64,000 nt of DNA from Catajapyx aquilonaris (taxonomy: Eukaryota), in assembly GCA_000934665.2 (NCBI GenBank), contig JYFJ02000732.1, positions 1 through 64,000 on the forward strand. Reading direction: 5' to 3'. Below are positions 24,861 to 38,978 of this stretch, in pieces. The translations under genes were made by a program, and so were the position numbers. Numbering within the stretch: the stretch's first letter is position 1; each line of letters begins with the position of its first letter. The notes below the pieces were generated by a model that saw only the letters and a program-made list of their open reading frames with translations, was not told where the DNA came from and ran no database searches.

Positions 24861-25720
24861 AAATAATTACATTTGAAAATTTTGTATCAGGTTTTTTTTT
24901 TAAATATTTGATGATAACACAATCTGAACATGAAGGCATCACTCCAACACTTCTGAGACCAAACACGCGAACGTATACCTGCTCTTCTTTCCTCTGTGTT
25001 TCCTGGTGCCTTGTGGCAGGTTCTATCGATATATGAACTGTGCAGTACCGTATTGTTCGGTATTGTTGATCTAGGCACTCCCCGAAGTACTACAACCGTT
25101 AATTGTTACAATACCCTACGTGTACTGCAATATTATTATTCTTGCCAACCTGCCCGTTGTTCTTTATTGTTTTCATTGTTGAATATGCAGTATGTTGATT
25201 TCATTTTAGAACGTGAGTGAGAGAGGCACATCCATCATTTGGGCTTGTTGACAGCCAGGGTTGCTAGGCAATTGCTTCATCTGCTGAAAACCCCCCTTAG
25301 ACTCAAAAAAGTTCTGGTTTGAGACTTTTCTCGGGGTCAGTGATATGTAAGACATGGCTCTGAGAAATTTGAGCGCTCTCCGTACCCGGGAAGTGGCTTA
25401 TTAATGAGGCGTGATAAATATATGTACAAACTTTCAGCTTTATATATATGGGGATTCATATTGATCAAATCATCTTGATTGAATCTAAAAAGTGACACTT
25501 CAAATTTAAAGGCATGCGAGGCAAGTCAGAAGGAAAGTGTTTGCATACGGTCTGACATTTGTTCAGGTCATAATCCCATTTTACATACACGCTCCACTTT
25601 TAAATAACTGACTTTTTTGACACCTATTCCTAGAACAATGGGGGATCAGGAAAATGCAAAAGTGCAACAGCATGCATGAAATCTAGCCCATAGTGACTAC
25701 AGAAACACAACCAATTATTA

Positions 25721-27578
25721 TTATTCGTGGGTTTTCATGTGATTAGCCAAAATATTTGCTCTCGTGTACTGTTTTTGGCACACTTGGCAAACGAATGGCC
25801 TGTCTCCCGCAGTGTGAGTTCCCATGTGTTGCTTCAATGTATCCACCCGACGGAATCTTTTCTCGCATAATTGGCATGCAAATGGCTTCTCACCTGTGTG
25901 GGTCATCATGTGTGTCTTTAATTTAAATGATCGACTAAACTCTTTTGAGCACAATTGGCAAGGATAAGCCTTCTCTCCAGTGTGCGTCAACAGATGTCTC
26001 TTTAACTGACCAGTGAAAAGAAATCCCTTCTGGCACACAGGGCAAACATGTAGCTTATCATCCGTGTGAATCTTCATGTGGCTATTCAAAACATACGCAC
26101 GATTAAATTTTTTGTGACAAATGTTGCACTGGAAGTGCTTTTCTCCAGAGTGATTCTGCATATGCATTTTCAAAAGGTGAAGGCGACTTAATTTTTTCTG
26201 GCAAATTTCACAAGTATATCTCTTCTCTTCATTCGTTTCCTGGCACAATTTAGATGCCGATGGATCTTCTCTCCTATGAATCATCAGGTGACTTTTAAAA
26301 CTAGCTGATGACGCGTAAATTTTACCACACTCATGACAAAAAAATCGCTTAATTCCTGTATGAGATGTCACATGATTTTTCAGATCCCCAGAGAATGCAA
26401 ACCTCTTGTCGCACACTTGACAAGCAAGCGGCTTCTCCCCTGTATGCATTACCATGTGTCTTTTTAACAAGTGCGCTGACCCACACCTTTTCTGGCACAA
26501 TTGGCAAACTTGTGGATATTCGTCCAGGTGACTTCTCATATGTAATCTCACATTATCTGGCCTAGAAAACTTTTTCTGGCACACATGACAAGAAAATGGC
26601 TTGCATCCTGGATGAATCTTCATATGTGCATTCAGAGCACATGTAAGTGTAAATCGTCTCTGACACACGGGACAACTAACTCCTTTATTCTGATTCTGTG
26701 CCTGCATCCCTTCCTTCAATTTTTCACCGCCGGATTTATTGTTCGCAACCTGAAAGAAGAATACAAGATCAGTGAATGTTTGAGCGAGTAGCAGGTAACA
26801 ATAAACTGGAGCGTTTATGTTGGTCATTAGAAACAGTGGGCTTGATTGTTCCGTATTCTCTAAAGCACACAACCTTCGCCAATAACATGTACTCTGCCAG
26901 TGTGACATACCATCAGAATTAAGAGGAGCTAATTTCCTTCACATTTTAAATGACAATGAGTCGAATACTTGTCACACTGCTAGTTACTGCTTACTGACAG
27001 TAATGACAGATGTTGCCAAATTTTTATCATTCCTCTTTTATACACTTTTCAAGGGCCCTAGTCTGGCCAGACGAGGTTCCTTTGTAAGATAATACACATG
27101 CGGCTTGATGTCACGTCTGCTGTCCAGAGTCGAGTCCCCCGAATCAATATGAGGTTACAGTTACTAACCTCTGCTGGAGAGGCCACCTGGTTGTCCACCG
27201 CATTTTCCTTTTTCTTCCTGTAACTCTTCAAAAATTTCCTGACTAGAGTCGGCTCATTTGCATCCAACTCAGTCTTAACAACTGTTGATGGCAGCTCCAA
27301 GTAATTCCCCAACATATTGTCATCCAGATCTGACGACTCAGTCTTCAACGACATCTGAAATGACGGATCAGCAGGTAATGATTTTCGTAACATCAACGTA
27401 CGCAGCATCCTCCCCATTTAGCTCCACTAACCTCTTCAAGAAAAGTGGCATTTTCATAGTAGCAGAGTGCGGGATCCTCCTTCAGCAACATCTTCCAAGT
27501 CTCCTCCGTGGTAATGTCATCTTTCTTCTCATCCTCCTCGTCCTTCACCTCCTCCTTGATCGTCATCTCCAGAGCCAT
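25721..27578 (-). CDS. Cassette 9: split acidic region + C2H2 protein (11 fingers, 5+6)
   Basis: Exons 27578-27432, 27354-27169, 26749-25721, all phase 0. Confidence 0.85.
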
Positions 27579-27834
27579 GGTCCTGGAAATCAAACTAGGT
27601 TGCACGAGGCACACATTAATGTACAAAAGTGCCAAGCAACTAAATCTCTTGCTCTGCGCACATCAGGCTGCCCAATACGCGCACAATTGTTAAGAATGTC
27701 ATTGTGCAAGTACCTCCCTAGAACCCCCCTTCCAATGTCCACTAATCGCTCTGCAGCAGCCCAGTCTAACCAGAAGCAGACGCTCAAAAATGAGACTCAA
27801 AAGTAATGAAGCTGATGGCCAGTTGTTATAAAGA

Positions 27835-27914
27835 GGCGGCCATCTTGGAAGAAGTCATCTGGGGGCGCATTCCCACCGCCGCCAAACCAATCCATGCGAA
27901 CCGTTCCCTCTTCC
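27835..27914 (-). promoter_or_regulatory. Cassette promoter 9
   Basis: GGCGGCCATCTTGG, GGGCGCATTCCCACC, CCGTTCCCTCTTCC. Confidence 0.7.
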
Positions 27915-28285
27915 AAATAGCATCATTACATTAAGCGCTATTCCCGATCAATCACCGCTTATTCCTAACCAGTTAATCGCTACTAGTTACATCTCGCAAT
28001 TAATATTACAAGCTTTTGTCATTAAATCTCTCCAGTTACCTTCACTTCAAGTGTGGTTGTGTACATACCATGTTATTAGAAAGCCAATTGAATCGGCTGT
28101 CCAATAATTCCAAATCTGAAAGTGAGTTCCACTAGGAAGAATAAGGAGTCAACTGATTATACGACAGAAAATGTCCACACCCTGTACACCGAAGATAAAA
28201 CACTGGTGTCAAATAATTTCTCTCTGATATATTTTTCTGGCATTTCCAAAGTGAACAAGGGAAACGAGACTGTGAACAAGATGAG

Positions 28286-29492
28286 TTACACGTGAATGTT
28301 CAAATGTTTTTTAACATGAGAAGCCCGGCCGAACTTTTTGTTGCAAACTTGACATGCAAACGGCTTCTCTCCAGTATGCGTCATCATATGCCTCTTTAAA
28401 TTAGACGATTGAGTAAACTTCTTGTGGCACAATTCACAACTAAATGGCATATCTCTCGTGTGAGTGACCATGTGCCTCTTCAAATCGGATGACTTGCTGA
28501 ACTTTTCCTGGCATTCCCCACAAGCAAGGGGCTTCACCTTGTCTTCAGAGTGCGTCAACATGTGATTTTTCAAATTTTGAGCTAAACTAAACCTTTTCTC
28601 GCACAGTTGACATGAAAATAGCTTTTCTCCTGAATGAGTCACCATGTGAATCTTTAAATTACCGGCTTGATTAAATTTTTTGTTGCAGACTTGACATACA
28701 TGCGGCTTTTCTCCAGTGTGAGTAACCATGTGGTTTTTCAAGTGATGAGACCTAGTAAATGTTTTCTGACATACTTCACAAGCAAATTTCTTCCTCCCTA
28801 CATGAGTCACCATGTGCGAATTCACATGAGATGCACGACTAAACCGTTTATGGCACAATTGGCATGAAAAGGGCTTCTCCCCAGTGTGAGTAAACAAATG
28901 ATTTTTCAAATCATGCGCCCAACTAAACCGCTTTTGGCACAATTTGCAACCAAACGGCTTCTCTCCCATATGAATCACTTTGTGGTTTTTCAAATGCTGA
29001 GGACGGCTAAATGTTGCCTGACAAATTTCACACATGTATGGTTGTTCTCCTTTGCACATCCCATTCATTGCCGCCTCATCACGCATTACCTGAAATGAGA
29101 TGATTGTGTCAGTATATGAATTCAACAATTTGCACATTTAGGGTTGTTACATCAACATAAATCATTGCCCATAGTGGGTAATGTGAGGGTAATATGATCC
29201 ACCATAAGTGCATTTCAGCTGGATATTAAACCTCATTGGTACATACATCAGCAACTGCCAAAGGGTCATCCATGTCATCAGCAACGTCTGGCATGCTGAC
29301 CATCAACTCCTCTTCCGCTGCCTCCTCCTTAACCTGGACGTCAGATTCCTCAACATGTGTTGAATCGTCCGCTGTGGACAACTGGGCCTCATCCTTTGTT
29401 AAGCATGCCTCCCCTTCAACTTTAATCCCCTGGTTCCCTCCTTCCTCCGTCTCGTCCGCCTCCTCCTTCTTTATGGTCACCATCTCTGCCAT
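28286..29492 (-). CDS. Cassette 10: acidic exon + C2H2 protein (9 fingers)
   Basis: Exons 29492-29232 and 29089-28286. Confidence 0.9.
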
Positions 29493-29703
29493 GGCCCTGG
29501 TGAATGAATGATTATTATCCTACACATGATACATGAATGGCGTCTGTCCCCCTTCCCCAACCCATTCACCTGCCTTCCCCACCCTTCCCACCAACTCACC
29601 CTGCCACAGAAGCTTCCTCCGACCCAACAACTGGTCGCAACAAACGCACAAGATCAGAGGAAATTATTAGAATCCGCGTCTCCAAATGTCACAATCATAA
29701 AGT

Positions 29704-29750
29704 GGAAGCCATCTTGGAAATTTTTCACCGGGTGCGTTCGTACCACCGAC
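29704..29750 (-). promoter_or_regulatory. Cassette promoter 10
   Basis: GGAAGCCATCTTGG, GGGTGCGTTCGTACCACCGAC. Confidence 0.75.
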
Positions 29751-30732
29751 AAAAAATGCATCCTGCCTAAATAAATAAAGGAACGGAACAATATTATCAG
29801 ACACACTTTATTTTTACGGATATGTGTAAGACTACGCAGCTTTAAAACAAAATTAAGATGTGATGCAAATTAATGGGCATTTTGTAGCTCTATAAAACAT
29901 AAAATTCTCCTTAATTATTATGTCCACCTAAATGTGAAAACTCGAGTATAGCAGTTATTTGTGTAACCGCTACAGGGCAGTAGCTGCTGCCAGATACTCG
30001 CTATTCAGCTATCCACTAATTGCACTGTAATTTGCAATGACTTTTCACAACTCAAGCAAGTTAACCACAATAATTATGAACTAAAACCATAAAAAAATCA
30101 AATCCATGAGTAACATAGCCTATCGCCAGACAACCACGTGTGGTACGGCTATAATGTGACCCCAGTGAGATTTTGTTCATAATGAGACATCCTGAATAGT
30201 GAATTTCCTTGTCCAAAAACTAACAGGCTCCTTCCACTGGAAAAAACCTACAACTATTCATCACCCATCCAAATACCAAAAATTAACAAAGCCACAACAT
30301 CAGTACAAATTATTACAGTCCTGTACTTGAAAAATCACATGCAGACAGACTCTTATGACCAAATAATTTGTACATACATTATTCCCCACTTTACACTTTA
30401 TTGCTAGACGACATTATTTTACTATGTGTTTCTACAAAACTATTATGAGACCTAGTCAATGTTGGACCAAGTGAAAGTTCTTTCACATACAGGAATGAAT
30501 GCCAGTTGGGTTTGTATGTAACTCGGATCCCTGAGGAACAGCACATAATAATTATATACAGCGTAAAGATGCTGCTGCAACAAACAGCTTATACCATTTG
30601 TGTTCGTTTACATGCATGGTAGAACATAGCTCCACAATATTATACTGTATATTACATGTGTTATACAGTATGTACTATGAACTTGGTGTAGCTCAATATG
30701 AACAGAAGTGGTAGAAAGTAAATGAATAATTA

Positions 30733-32031
30733 TTACAAACTATATTTATGGGGAGCCTTGGGCAACCGTTCGTAAGTGCGGATCACCTTAGGTCGAGTCA
30801 TTAGCAAACTGGGGACTTCCTGTACTTCAGGTGCAAATTTTTCAATCCTTTCATGAATCCCCATGTGTCTCTTCAAGTAAGATGCCTGCCTAAACCTTTC
30901 ATGGCACAATTGGCAAGCAAAGGGATTCTCCTTGGGCTTCTCTTTGTGAGTGAGCATGTGACTTTTTAGATATGGAGCCTTAGAAAAGGTTTTCTCACAT
31001 ACTTTACAAGCAAACATTTTCCTCCTTTTATGAATCCCCATGTGTGATTTCACATGAGTTTTGCAAACAAACCTTTCATGGCACCATTGGCAAGCAAAGG
31101 GCTTCTCCTCTTCATGAGTTACCACGTGCTTTTTCAAAACATTAAGCCTAATAAAAGTTTTCTCACATACGTCACAAGCAAATTTTTTCGTCCCTACATG
31201 GCTCACCATGTGTTTCTTTACATAAGACATGCGTCTAAACCTTTTATTGCACAACTGGCAAGAAAAAGGCTCCTCCCCTGTGTGAATAAACAAATGATTC
31301 TTCAAATCCTGTGCCAAACTAAACTTTTTTTGGCACAATTTGCAACCAAATGGTTTTTCTCCCGTGTGAATTACCTTATGATTTTTCATATGCTGAGGAC
31401 TACCAAATGTTTTCTGACAGATATCGCACCCGTTTGGCTTTTTTCCTTTGCACGTCCCATTCATTGCTGGCCCATCATGCGTTATCTGAAATGAAATCAT
31501 TGTGTCAGCGTGTGAATTTGACAATACGCAAATTTATGGCTGTAATGCCAACATGTCCCTGGTGGACAATTCTGTCAGCAGTGTTTGTTTAAGCACAATT
31601 TCAGCCGCACATCAAACCTCATTGATACTTACTCGTACATCAGCAACTGCCAAAAGGTCATCCAAGTCGTCAGCAACGTCTCGTATGCTGACCACCAACT
31701 CTTCCACTGCCTCCTCCTTAACCTTGACGCCAGATTCTTCAACACGTGTCGAATTATCAACCTTGCGCAGTGAGGATTCATCCTTCACCGTCAGCAAAGG
31801 GTCATCCAAGTCGTCAGCAAAATCAGGAAAGCTGAACACCTCCTCCTCCTCCTCATCCTCCTTAACCTTTACATCAGATTCTTCAACAGGTGTCGAATCA
31901 TCAGCCTTGCGCAGTGGGGCTTCATCCTTCGCTATCAGCAACAACGTGTCCTCTTCAACTTTAATCCCCTGGTTCCCTCCTTCCTCCGTCTCCTCCACCT
32001 CCTCCTTCTTTATGGACACCATCTCTGCCAT
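30733..32031 (-). CDS. Cassette 11: internally duplicated acidic exon + C2H2 protein (7 fingers) + VIRTY tail
   Basis: Exons 32031-31618 and 31485-30733; the KDE..LRK.D.ST.VEES.VKVKE...DDLDD module occurs twice. Confidence 0.9.
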
Positions 32032-32237
32032 GGCCCTGGTGAATGAATGATTATTATCCTACACAACATGATGTGAATGGCGTCTGTCCTCCTTCCCAAC
32101 CCAGTCACCTGCCTTCCCCACCCTTCCCACCAACTCACCCTGCCACCGAAGCTTCCTCCGACTCAAAAACTGGTCGCACCAAACCCACAGGATCAGAGGA
32201 AATGATTAGAATCCAGGAAATGTCAGAATCAGAGACT

Positions 32238-32279
32238 GGAAGCCATCTTGGAAAATTCGGGTGCGTTCATACCACCGAC
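32238..32279 (-). promoter_or_regulatory. Cassette promoter 11
   Basis: GGAAGCCATCTTGG, GGGTGCGTTCATACCACCGAC. Confidence 0.75.
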
Positions 32280-33183
32280 AACAAATGCGTTCCTTCATGT
32301 AATGAAAGGCGGACAGAAATTATTTCCGTCGAAATAACACATTTTAAGGCGACATGCAAAGTAAAGATTTGGTTTATTGGCATTATTTTGTTGCTTTATA
32401 ATTATATTCTCCAATTAACTTAGGCCGTGACCGCCAAATATAATCAACATTAAGTAGCGGTTATCTCACCAACCGTTAGTGGTCACTAGCCGCTACCACA
32501 GCTCCCTATTCAGTTATCCGCTATTTGAAATCGGCTTATCACAAATCATCGGAACTCATGCAAGTTAACCACAATTATGACTCGCATTTCATGCTATAAA
32601 AATGTAATTAAAAATATCCAACAAGGAAAACCAGAATAATCAAATCAATGTGTAACATAGCCCGACACCAGACATGTGACCCAGGAATGGAGATAAAAAT
32701 ATGAGACATGTACTGAATTTCCATATTCAAAAACGAACAGCCTTAAAAAACCTTACACATCAAAATGCCACAAATGATCAAAACAATAACATCAAATCAT
32801 ATTCAGACAGCACAATTTTTATTTTTATTATTTTTCACCATACAATTTATGGATGAGACAATGTTCTTTCATGATGAATTTATGCATGGTACAAATGATA
32901 CATGTAATCTGCTGGAGGAATAAGTTATAATTTGTAGCTCCAAATCATTTTTATGTACAGTACACTGGAACCTGCAGGAACCCTTCATAATAACATTGTT
33001 GTAACATTTTTCCAGCAACATGTACTTATTTACGTTGAAGTGAATTACAAACTATACTAATTGGGAGCCTTGTGACCCATTCGCAGGTCATTCCTAATTG
33101 GGGGGACTTCCCGTACTTCACACACTAATATATATTCCTCCTTTCACGAGTCACCATCGGCATCTCCAGTTCACATGGGTTAT

Positions 33184-34088
33184 TTAACCTTTTATGGCAC
33201 AATTGGCAAGCAAGGGCTTCTCTCCTGTGTGAGTGACCAGGTGGTTTCTCAAATTATGAGGCCTACTAAACGTTTTCTCACATATTCCACAAGTAAATTT
33301 TTTCATACCTACATGGACCACCATGTGTTTCCTCACATATGATGCACAACTAAACCTTTTATTGCATAACTGGCAAGCAAAGGTCTTCTCTTCTGTATGA
33401 GTGGCCATGTGGTCTTTCAAATGATATGACCGAGTAAAAGCTTTCTCACATACTTTACAAACATATTTTTTTCTCCCTGTGTGAGTGACCATGTGTACAT
33501 TCACATCAGATGCTAGATTAAACCTTTTATGGCACAATTGGCAAGAATAGGGCTTCTCTCTGTGAGTGAACATGTGGTCTTTCAAATGCTGGGGACGACA
33601 AAATGTTCTCCGACAAATCTCGCACACACGTTGCTTTTTTCCTTTCCATATCCCATTCCCTGCTTCCTCATCATGCGCTACCTGCAATGAAATCATTATG
33701 TCAGTGTACAAATTCAACTACACGCAAATTTGTGGTTTTGCCAACATGAAACATGTGCAATTGTAGGGTAAAATCATCTGACATTAGTGTTTCTTTTTAG
33801 AATTTCGGCTGGATATCAAACCTCATTGGTACGTACATGACCAACCGCCAAAGGGTCATCCATGTCATCAGTATCTTCCGGAAAGATGACCACCAACTCC
33901 TCTTCAACTGCCTCCTCCTTAACCTTGACGTCAGATTCTTCAACAGGTGTCGAATCATCAGCCTTGTACAGTGGGGCTTCATCCTTCGCCATCAGCAACC
34001 ACGTCTCCTCTTCAACTTTAATCCCCTGGTTCCCTCCTTCCTCCGTCTCCTCCACCTCCTCCTTCTTCATGGACACCATCTCTGCCAT
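33184..34088 (-). CDS. Cassette 12: acidic exon + C2H2 protein (5 fingers; the sixth is frameshifted)
   Basis: Exons 34088-33822 and 33681-33184; CQLCHKR continues out of frame near 33210. Confidence 0.85.
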
Positions 34089-34283
34089 GGCCCTGGTGAA
34101 GGATTACCCAACACATGATACATCTGTCTGTCCCCCTTAACCCATTCACCTGCCTTGACCACCCTTCCCACCAACTCACCCTGCCACCGAAGCTTCCTCC
34201 GACCCTACAACTGGTCGCACCAAACCCACAGGATCAGAGGAAATTGTTAAAATCCGCGTCTCCAAATGTCACAATCAGAAAGT

Positions 34284-34330
34284 GGAAGCCATCTTGGAAA
34301 TATTTCACCGGGTGCGTTCATACCACCGAC
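34284..34330 (-). promoter_or_regulatory. Cassette promoter 12
   Basis: GGAAGCCATCTTGG, GGGTGCGTTCATACCACCGAC. Confidence 0.75.
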
Positions 34331-35104
34331 AAAAAATGCTGTTATTGTCAGAAAATAACACCCATTTTACGGCGGACGTAATTAATTTTTAATTGTAATG
34401 AAAGAATTCGCATTTTGTTACTTAATAAATTCTCTATTTTAGTCTAACTTAGGCGCAGATATCCTAATCATTAAGTAGCAGTTCCCGTAGTAACCGCTAG
34501 TGAGCCCTAGCAGCTACCAGACACCCGCTACTTAGTTGGCCGCTATTTGCATTAGATTAACATAATGCACCGCATTCCAAGTAAGTGAACCGTAATTACG
34601 AGCCAAAAACCTGACGTTAAGACCAACTAGGAGAGCCAGAATAATTAAATCCATGCATAGTTTATCACCAGAAGACCACATGTGCTGTGGCTGATGTGAA
34701 CCTGTTCAAAAAATGAGACATATATTGACTCTCTCAATCCAAAAACTAACAGTCCTCCACTTTTAAAAAACCAAAACTATTCATCACTCATCCAATTACC
34801 AAAAATAAATAAAGACATAACATCAACAAATAATTACCACACTTGAAAAACCACAGACACAATGACCACTTCTATTTACATAATTATTCATTCTACACTG
34901 TAATTATTACACAACATTCTTTTACGATGTGTTTCTGCATGATTGCGAACAATGGTTATGTACTATCTGCTGCAGCTCCAAATAATTTTTATGCACAGTA
35001 CACAGGAAGCATTCTTAATGATTGTTATAGCATCTTTCTAGCAACATGTAGCACTTTATGACAACCACATTTCTTCTTTCTCTAGCAGCAGCACAGTGAA
35101 GTCA

Positions 35105-35260
35105 CTGCACTGTAGTGGTTATCATTTCACCTTTGACATCCCGAGTTGGATCCCTGGCTCTAACAGAGGACACTTATGCGGATAGCGTTTCGATGGGTTC
35201 TCTCCATGTTCGTATGGGTTTTCTCAGGGCTCTCCCTTGTCCTCCCACAATGAAAATCCA
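35105..35260 (+). mobile_element. Decayed SINE relic
   Basis: TGTAGTGG and GTTGGATCC box-like motifs, then GGGTTTTCTCAGGG...CCTCCCACA resembling a conserved SINE central domain (recalled). Confidence 0.4.
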
Positions 35261-35601
35261 TCACAGTGCAGGCAATGATTAAAGATGGTCAATGAAAAGA
35301 TGAAATCTGTGATTTTTCAAATTATGACATCTATTCCCAGTCGAACAAAGTAGAAGTATTTTCGTATACAGGAAGTCCCTGTTCCTAGAACAGGGTTACT
35401 TTCCTGAAAACGTTTGCAAGTTGGATTTGTATGAAAATAGGATCCCTGCGGAACAGGGCATATAAACAGCGTAAAGATGCAGATCCAACAAACGGCTTAT
35501 ATGATGGGTTTGTTTACATGGGCAGAAGAACATAGTTCTCCAATATTCATTATGTTGTATTTATGGCCAACTTAAAATTGAAAGAAAGTAAACGGATAAT
35601 A

Positions 35602-37008
35602 TTATGAACTATCCTTATGGGGAGCCTTGGGAGGACGTTTGTACGTACGGATCACCGTATGTTGGGTCACTCGTAGAGTGGGCACTTCCTCCACTTCAAA
35701 AGCCAATTCTTTCTTCATGTCATGAGTCACCATGTGTGACTTTACCTGAGCTGCACGACTAAACCTTTTATTGCACAATTGGCAAGCGAACGGCGTCTCT
35801 CCCGTGTGAGTGAGCATGTGACGTTTCAAACTACGAGCCCTAGTAAAAGTTTTCTCACATACTTCACAAGCAAATGTTTTCCTCCCTACATGTGTCTCCA
35901 TGTGTGACTTCATGGTAGCTGAGCGCTTAAACCTTCTATTGCACAAATGGCAAGCAAAGGGCTTCTCTTCTGTGTGGGTGACCTTGTGAATTTTTAAATT
36001 ATTAACCATAGTAAAAGCTTTCCCACATACTTCACAAGCAAATTTGTTCCTACCTACATGAGTCACCATGTGTTTCTTCAAGCCAGATGTGAGACCAAAC
36101 CTTTTATGGCACAATTTGCAAGAAAAGGGCTTCTCCCCTGTGTGAGTGACCATGTGGTATTTCAAATGCTGAAGCTGCAGAAATGCTCTTTGACAAATCT
36201 TGCACACAAATGGCTTCTCTCTTTCGCACGTCTCCTTACCGTTCAGCATGAGCTTCTCTCTCATGTGAATGACCTTGTGACTTTTCAAATTATCAACCCT
36301 AGTAAAAGCTCTCCCACATACTTCACAAGCAAACTTTTTCCTCCCTAAATGAGTCACCATGTGTTTCTTCAAGCCAGTTGCGAGACTAAACCTTTTATGG
36401 CACAATTTGCAAGCAAAGTGCTTCACCCATGTGTGCTGCGTTACCGTATGGTCTTTCAAATTCCGATGCTGAGTAAATGCTTTTTGACAAATCTTGCAGA
36501 CGAATGGTTTCTTTCCATTGCATGTCTCCTTACAAAGTGGCATCTGCATTGCACTCACTGCTGTTACATCACAAGAGTCTTGCTTTACCTGAAATGAAAT
36601 TGTTGAGTCACAGAGTATGAATTCAACCATTTGCAAATTAATGACTGTTATGCCAACATCAAACATGTCTCTGGTGGTCAATTGACTGGTAAAATCATCT
36701 GCCAAGATTGTTGTTTGTGTAAGTAGAATTTCAGCCGCACATCAAACCTCATTGGTACATACATCAGCAACTGCCAAAGGGTCATCCAAGTCATCAGCAA
36801 CGTCTGGCATGCTGACCACCAACTCCTCTTCCACAGCCTCCTCCTTAACCTGGACGTCAGATACCTCTACATGTGTTGAATCGTCCGCTGTTGACAACGG
36901 GGCTTCATCCTTCGTTAAGCCCATCTCCTCTTCAACTTTAATCCCCTGGTTCCCTCCTTCCTCCGTCTCCTCCACCTCCTCCTTCTTTATGGACACCATC
37001 TCTGCCAT
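35602..37008 (-). CDS. Cassette 13: acidic exon + C2H2 protein (9 fingers) + VIRTY tail
   Basis: Exons 37008-36748 and 36588-35602; fingers 1-3 are duplicated as fingers 4-6. Confidence 0.9.
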
Positions 37009-37219
37009 GGCCCTGGTGAATGAATGATTATTATCCTACACAACATGATGTGAATGGGGTCTGTTCCCCTTCCCAACCCAGTCACCTGCCTTTCCCACCC
37101 TTCCCACCAACTCACCCTGCCACCGAAGCTTCCTCCGACTCAACAACTGGTCGCACCAAACCCACAGGACCAGAGGAAATTATTAAAATCCAGGTCTGCA
37201 AATGTCACAATCGGAAAGT

Positions 37220-37265
37220 GGAAGCCATCTTGGAAATTTTTCATCGGGTGCATTCATACCACCGA
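37220..37265 (-). promoter_or_regulatory. Cassette promoter 13
   Basis: GGAAGCCATCTTGG, GGGTGCATTCATACCACCGA. Confidence 0.75.
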
Positions 37266-37877
37266 TACCAAAGACCAAATCCGTTCCAATTTATAAATGA
37301 AAAACGGACCAAAAAAATTTGAGAAAAATATTTTTTAGTATGAAATGAAAACAGTTTTTAGCATTTAAGATGTGGTGCAAGATGGTCTCTTTGTAAAATC
37401 TTTTAAAAAATTGTTATATTTATGTCAATCTAATTCAAAAGAGCAGCTAGTGGTCAGTAGATGCTACCACACACTCGCTATTTAGCTATCCGCTAGTTGC
37501 ACTACATTTTTACGACGCGATTCAGATCATCGCAACCACTTTGAACGCAATAAAAACACATGTAATTTTATAGACCAACTGGGTAAGTCAGAATAATTAA
37601 ATCCATGCGTAACATAGCCAATCACATTATTCTATGGCTCATACGACCTTGTTGAGATCCCATTTAAAAATTGGGCATACACTAATTATACTAAATTTCC
37701 TTATAAGAAAACTAACAGCTTCCAGTTTCAAAAACAACTCATCCAAATATTTAAAACATACAAACAAAAGCAATAAGCCAATAACATCAATACAAATACA
37801 TGTATTATCGTAGCCGACTTGAAAAACCACATACAGACAACATACAGCTCATAACCACGTAATTTTTATTTACATTA

Positions 37878-38173
37878 ATAATAATAATTCTAAATAATTC
37901 ATACCCCGTTATCAGCCTATCGGCTCTTTAGGGGGGGAAGTTTTGTTTTGCCTGGAACTCCTTGCTTTCATTTTACTGCGCTTTTTGGGATAGGATAGGG
38001 ACGGAAGGAAGCGGCTGTGGCCTATTAATTAAGGAAACAACTCCGGAATTTTCCTGGAAGAACCGTGGGAAACCACAGGAAACCACGGTCAGAGTTGCCG
38101 GCCCCGGGATTTGATCCCAGGACCTCCCGATTAGCAGTCGGACACCATATCCCCTACTGCAAACTGCTTCGGG
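37878..38173 (-). mobile_element. tRNA-derived SINE
   Basis: B-box-like GGATTTGATCCC (+ reading), (TAA)n tail, 15-bp TSD TTTTTATTTACATTA. Confidence 0.8.
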
Positions 38174-38365
38174 TTTTTATTTACATTATTTTTCACTCTA
38201 GACTTGATTGTTATACAGCATTCTTTTACAATGCGTTTCTGCATGGAAATGAAGGTTATGTACTGTACGACCTGCTCGAGGAATCAGTCACACTCTCTAG
38301 CTCCAAATGATTTTTATGCACAACACAATCCCATCACAGCAAGTTGGATTTGTATTGGGTGAAAC

Positions 38366-38810
38366 ACCTTTAACTACGTAGGTGGAGCCTGAGAGGCTCC
38401 AACGGTATATTTAAATTTCTGCTTATCAACTAAATTGTTATATTGGACTTTTCACATACAGAAAGTGCAGTTCAGATCATTAGGCTTCCGATAACGTAAA
38501 AATCACACGCTGAGTCAGCATATTCCGACAGGGAAAAATTCTTAATTAAAAGGTTACATCATGCTTGAGCCGCTCAGTCTTCACCTGCATAGGTAGAGCC
38601 AGTATAGAGTCCAGGAGGGACCTGTTCCTCGTTACGAATTTTTTTAAACCAAACAATAGGGACTTAAAAAAAAATTCTTTCCTTTTCATGCTTAGGAAGG
38701 TTTGTCTGACACAGTCACGTAAGGACAGGGGAAAATAAAATTCGATGAAAAAGTTACATGCGTTTAAATAGTGCTTGGAGCCTCTCAGGCTCCACCTACG
38801 TAGTTAAGGG
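38366..38810. mobile_element. piggyBac-like MITE
   Basis: About 35-bp TIR TTAACTACGTAGGTGGAGCCTGAGAGGCTCCAA; right end GGG|TTAA; absent from the paralogous flank near 35430. Confidence 0.75.
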
Positions 38811-38978
38811 TTAAAATAGGATCCCTGCGGAACAGGGCATATAAACAGCGTAAAGATGCAGATCCAACAAACGGCTTATATGATGGGTTCGTTTACATGG
38901 GCAGAAGAACATAGTTCTCCAATATTTATTATGCTGTACTTATGGCCAACTTAAAAGAGAAAGAAAGGAAATGGATTA

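Larger units (their letters stand above)
23101..25456 (-). mobile_element. Probable non-autonomous Helitron-like element carrying nested insertions
   Basis: ACTAG...CCCGTTCTTCGCACGGG hairpin end at 23101-23130; CAAACTTTCAGCTTTATATATAT near 25430 resembles the opposite end of insect non-autonomous Helitrons (recalled). Confidence 0.4.
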
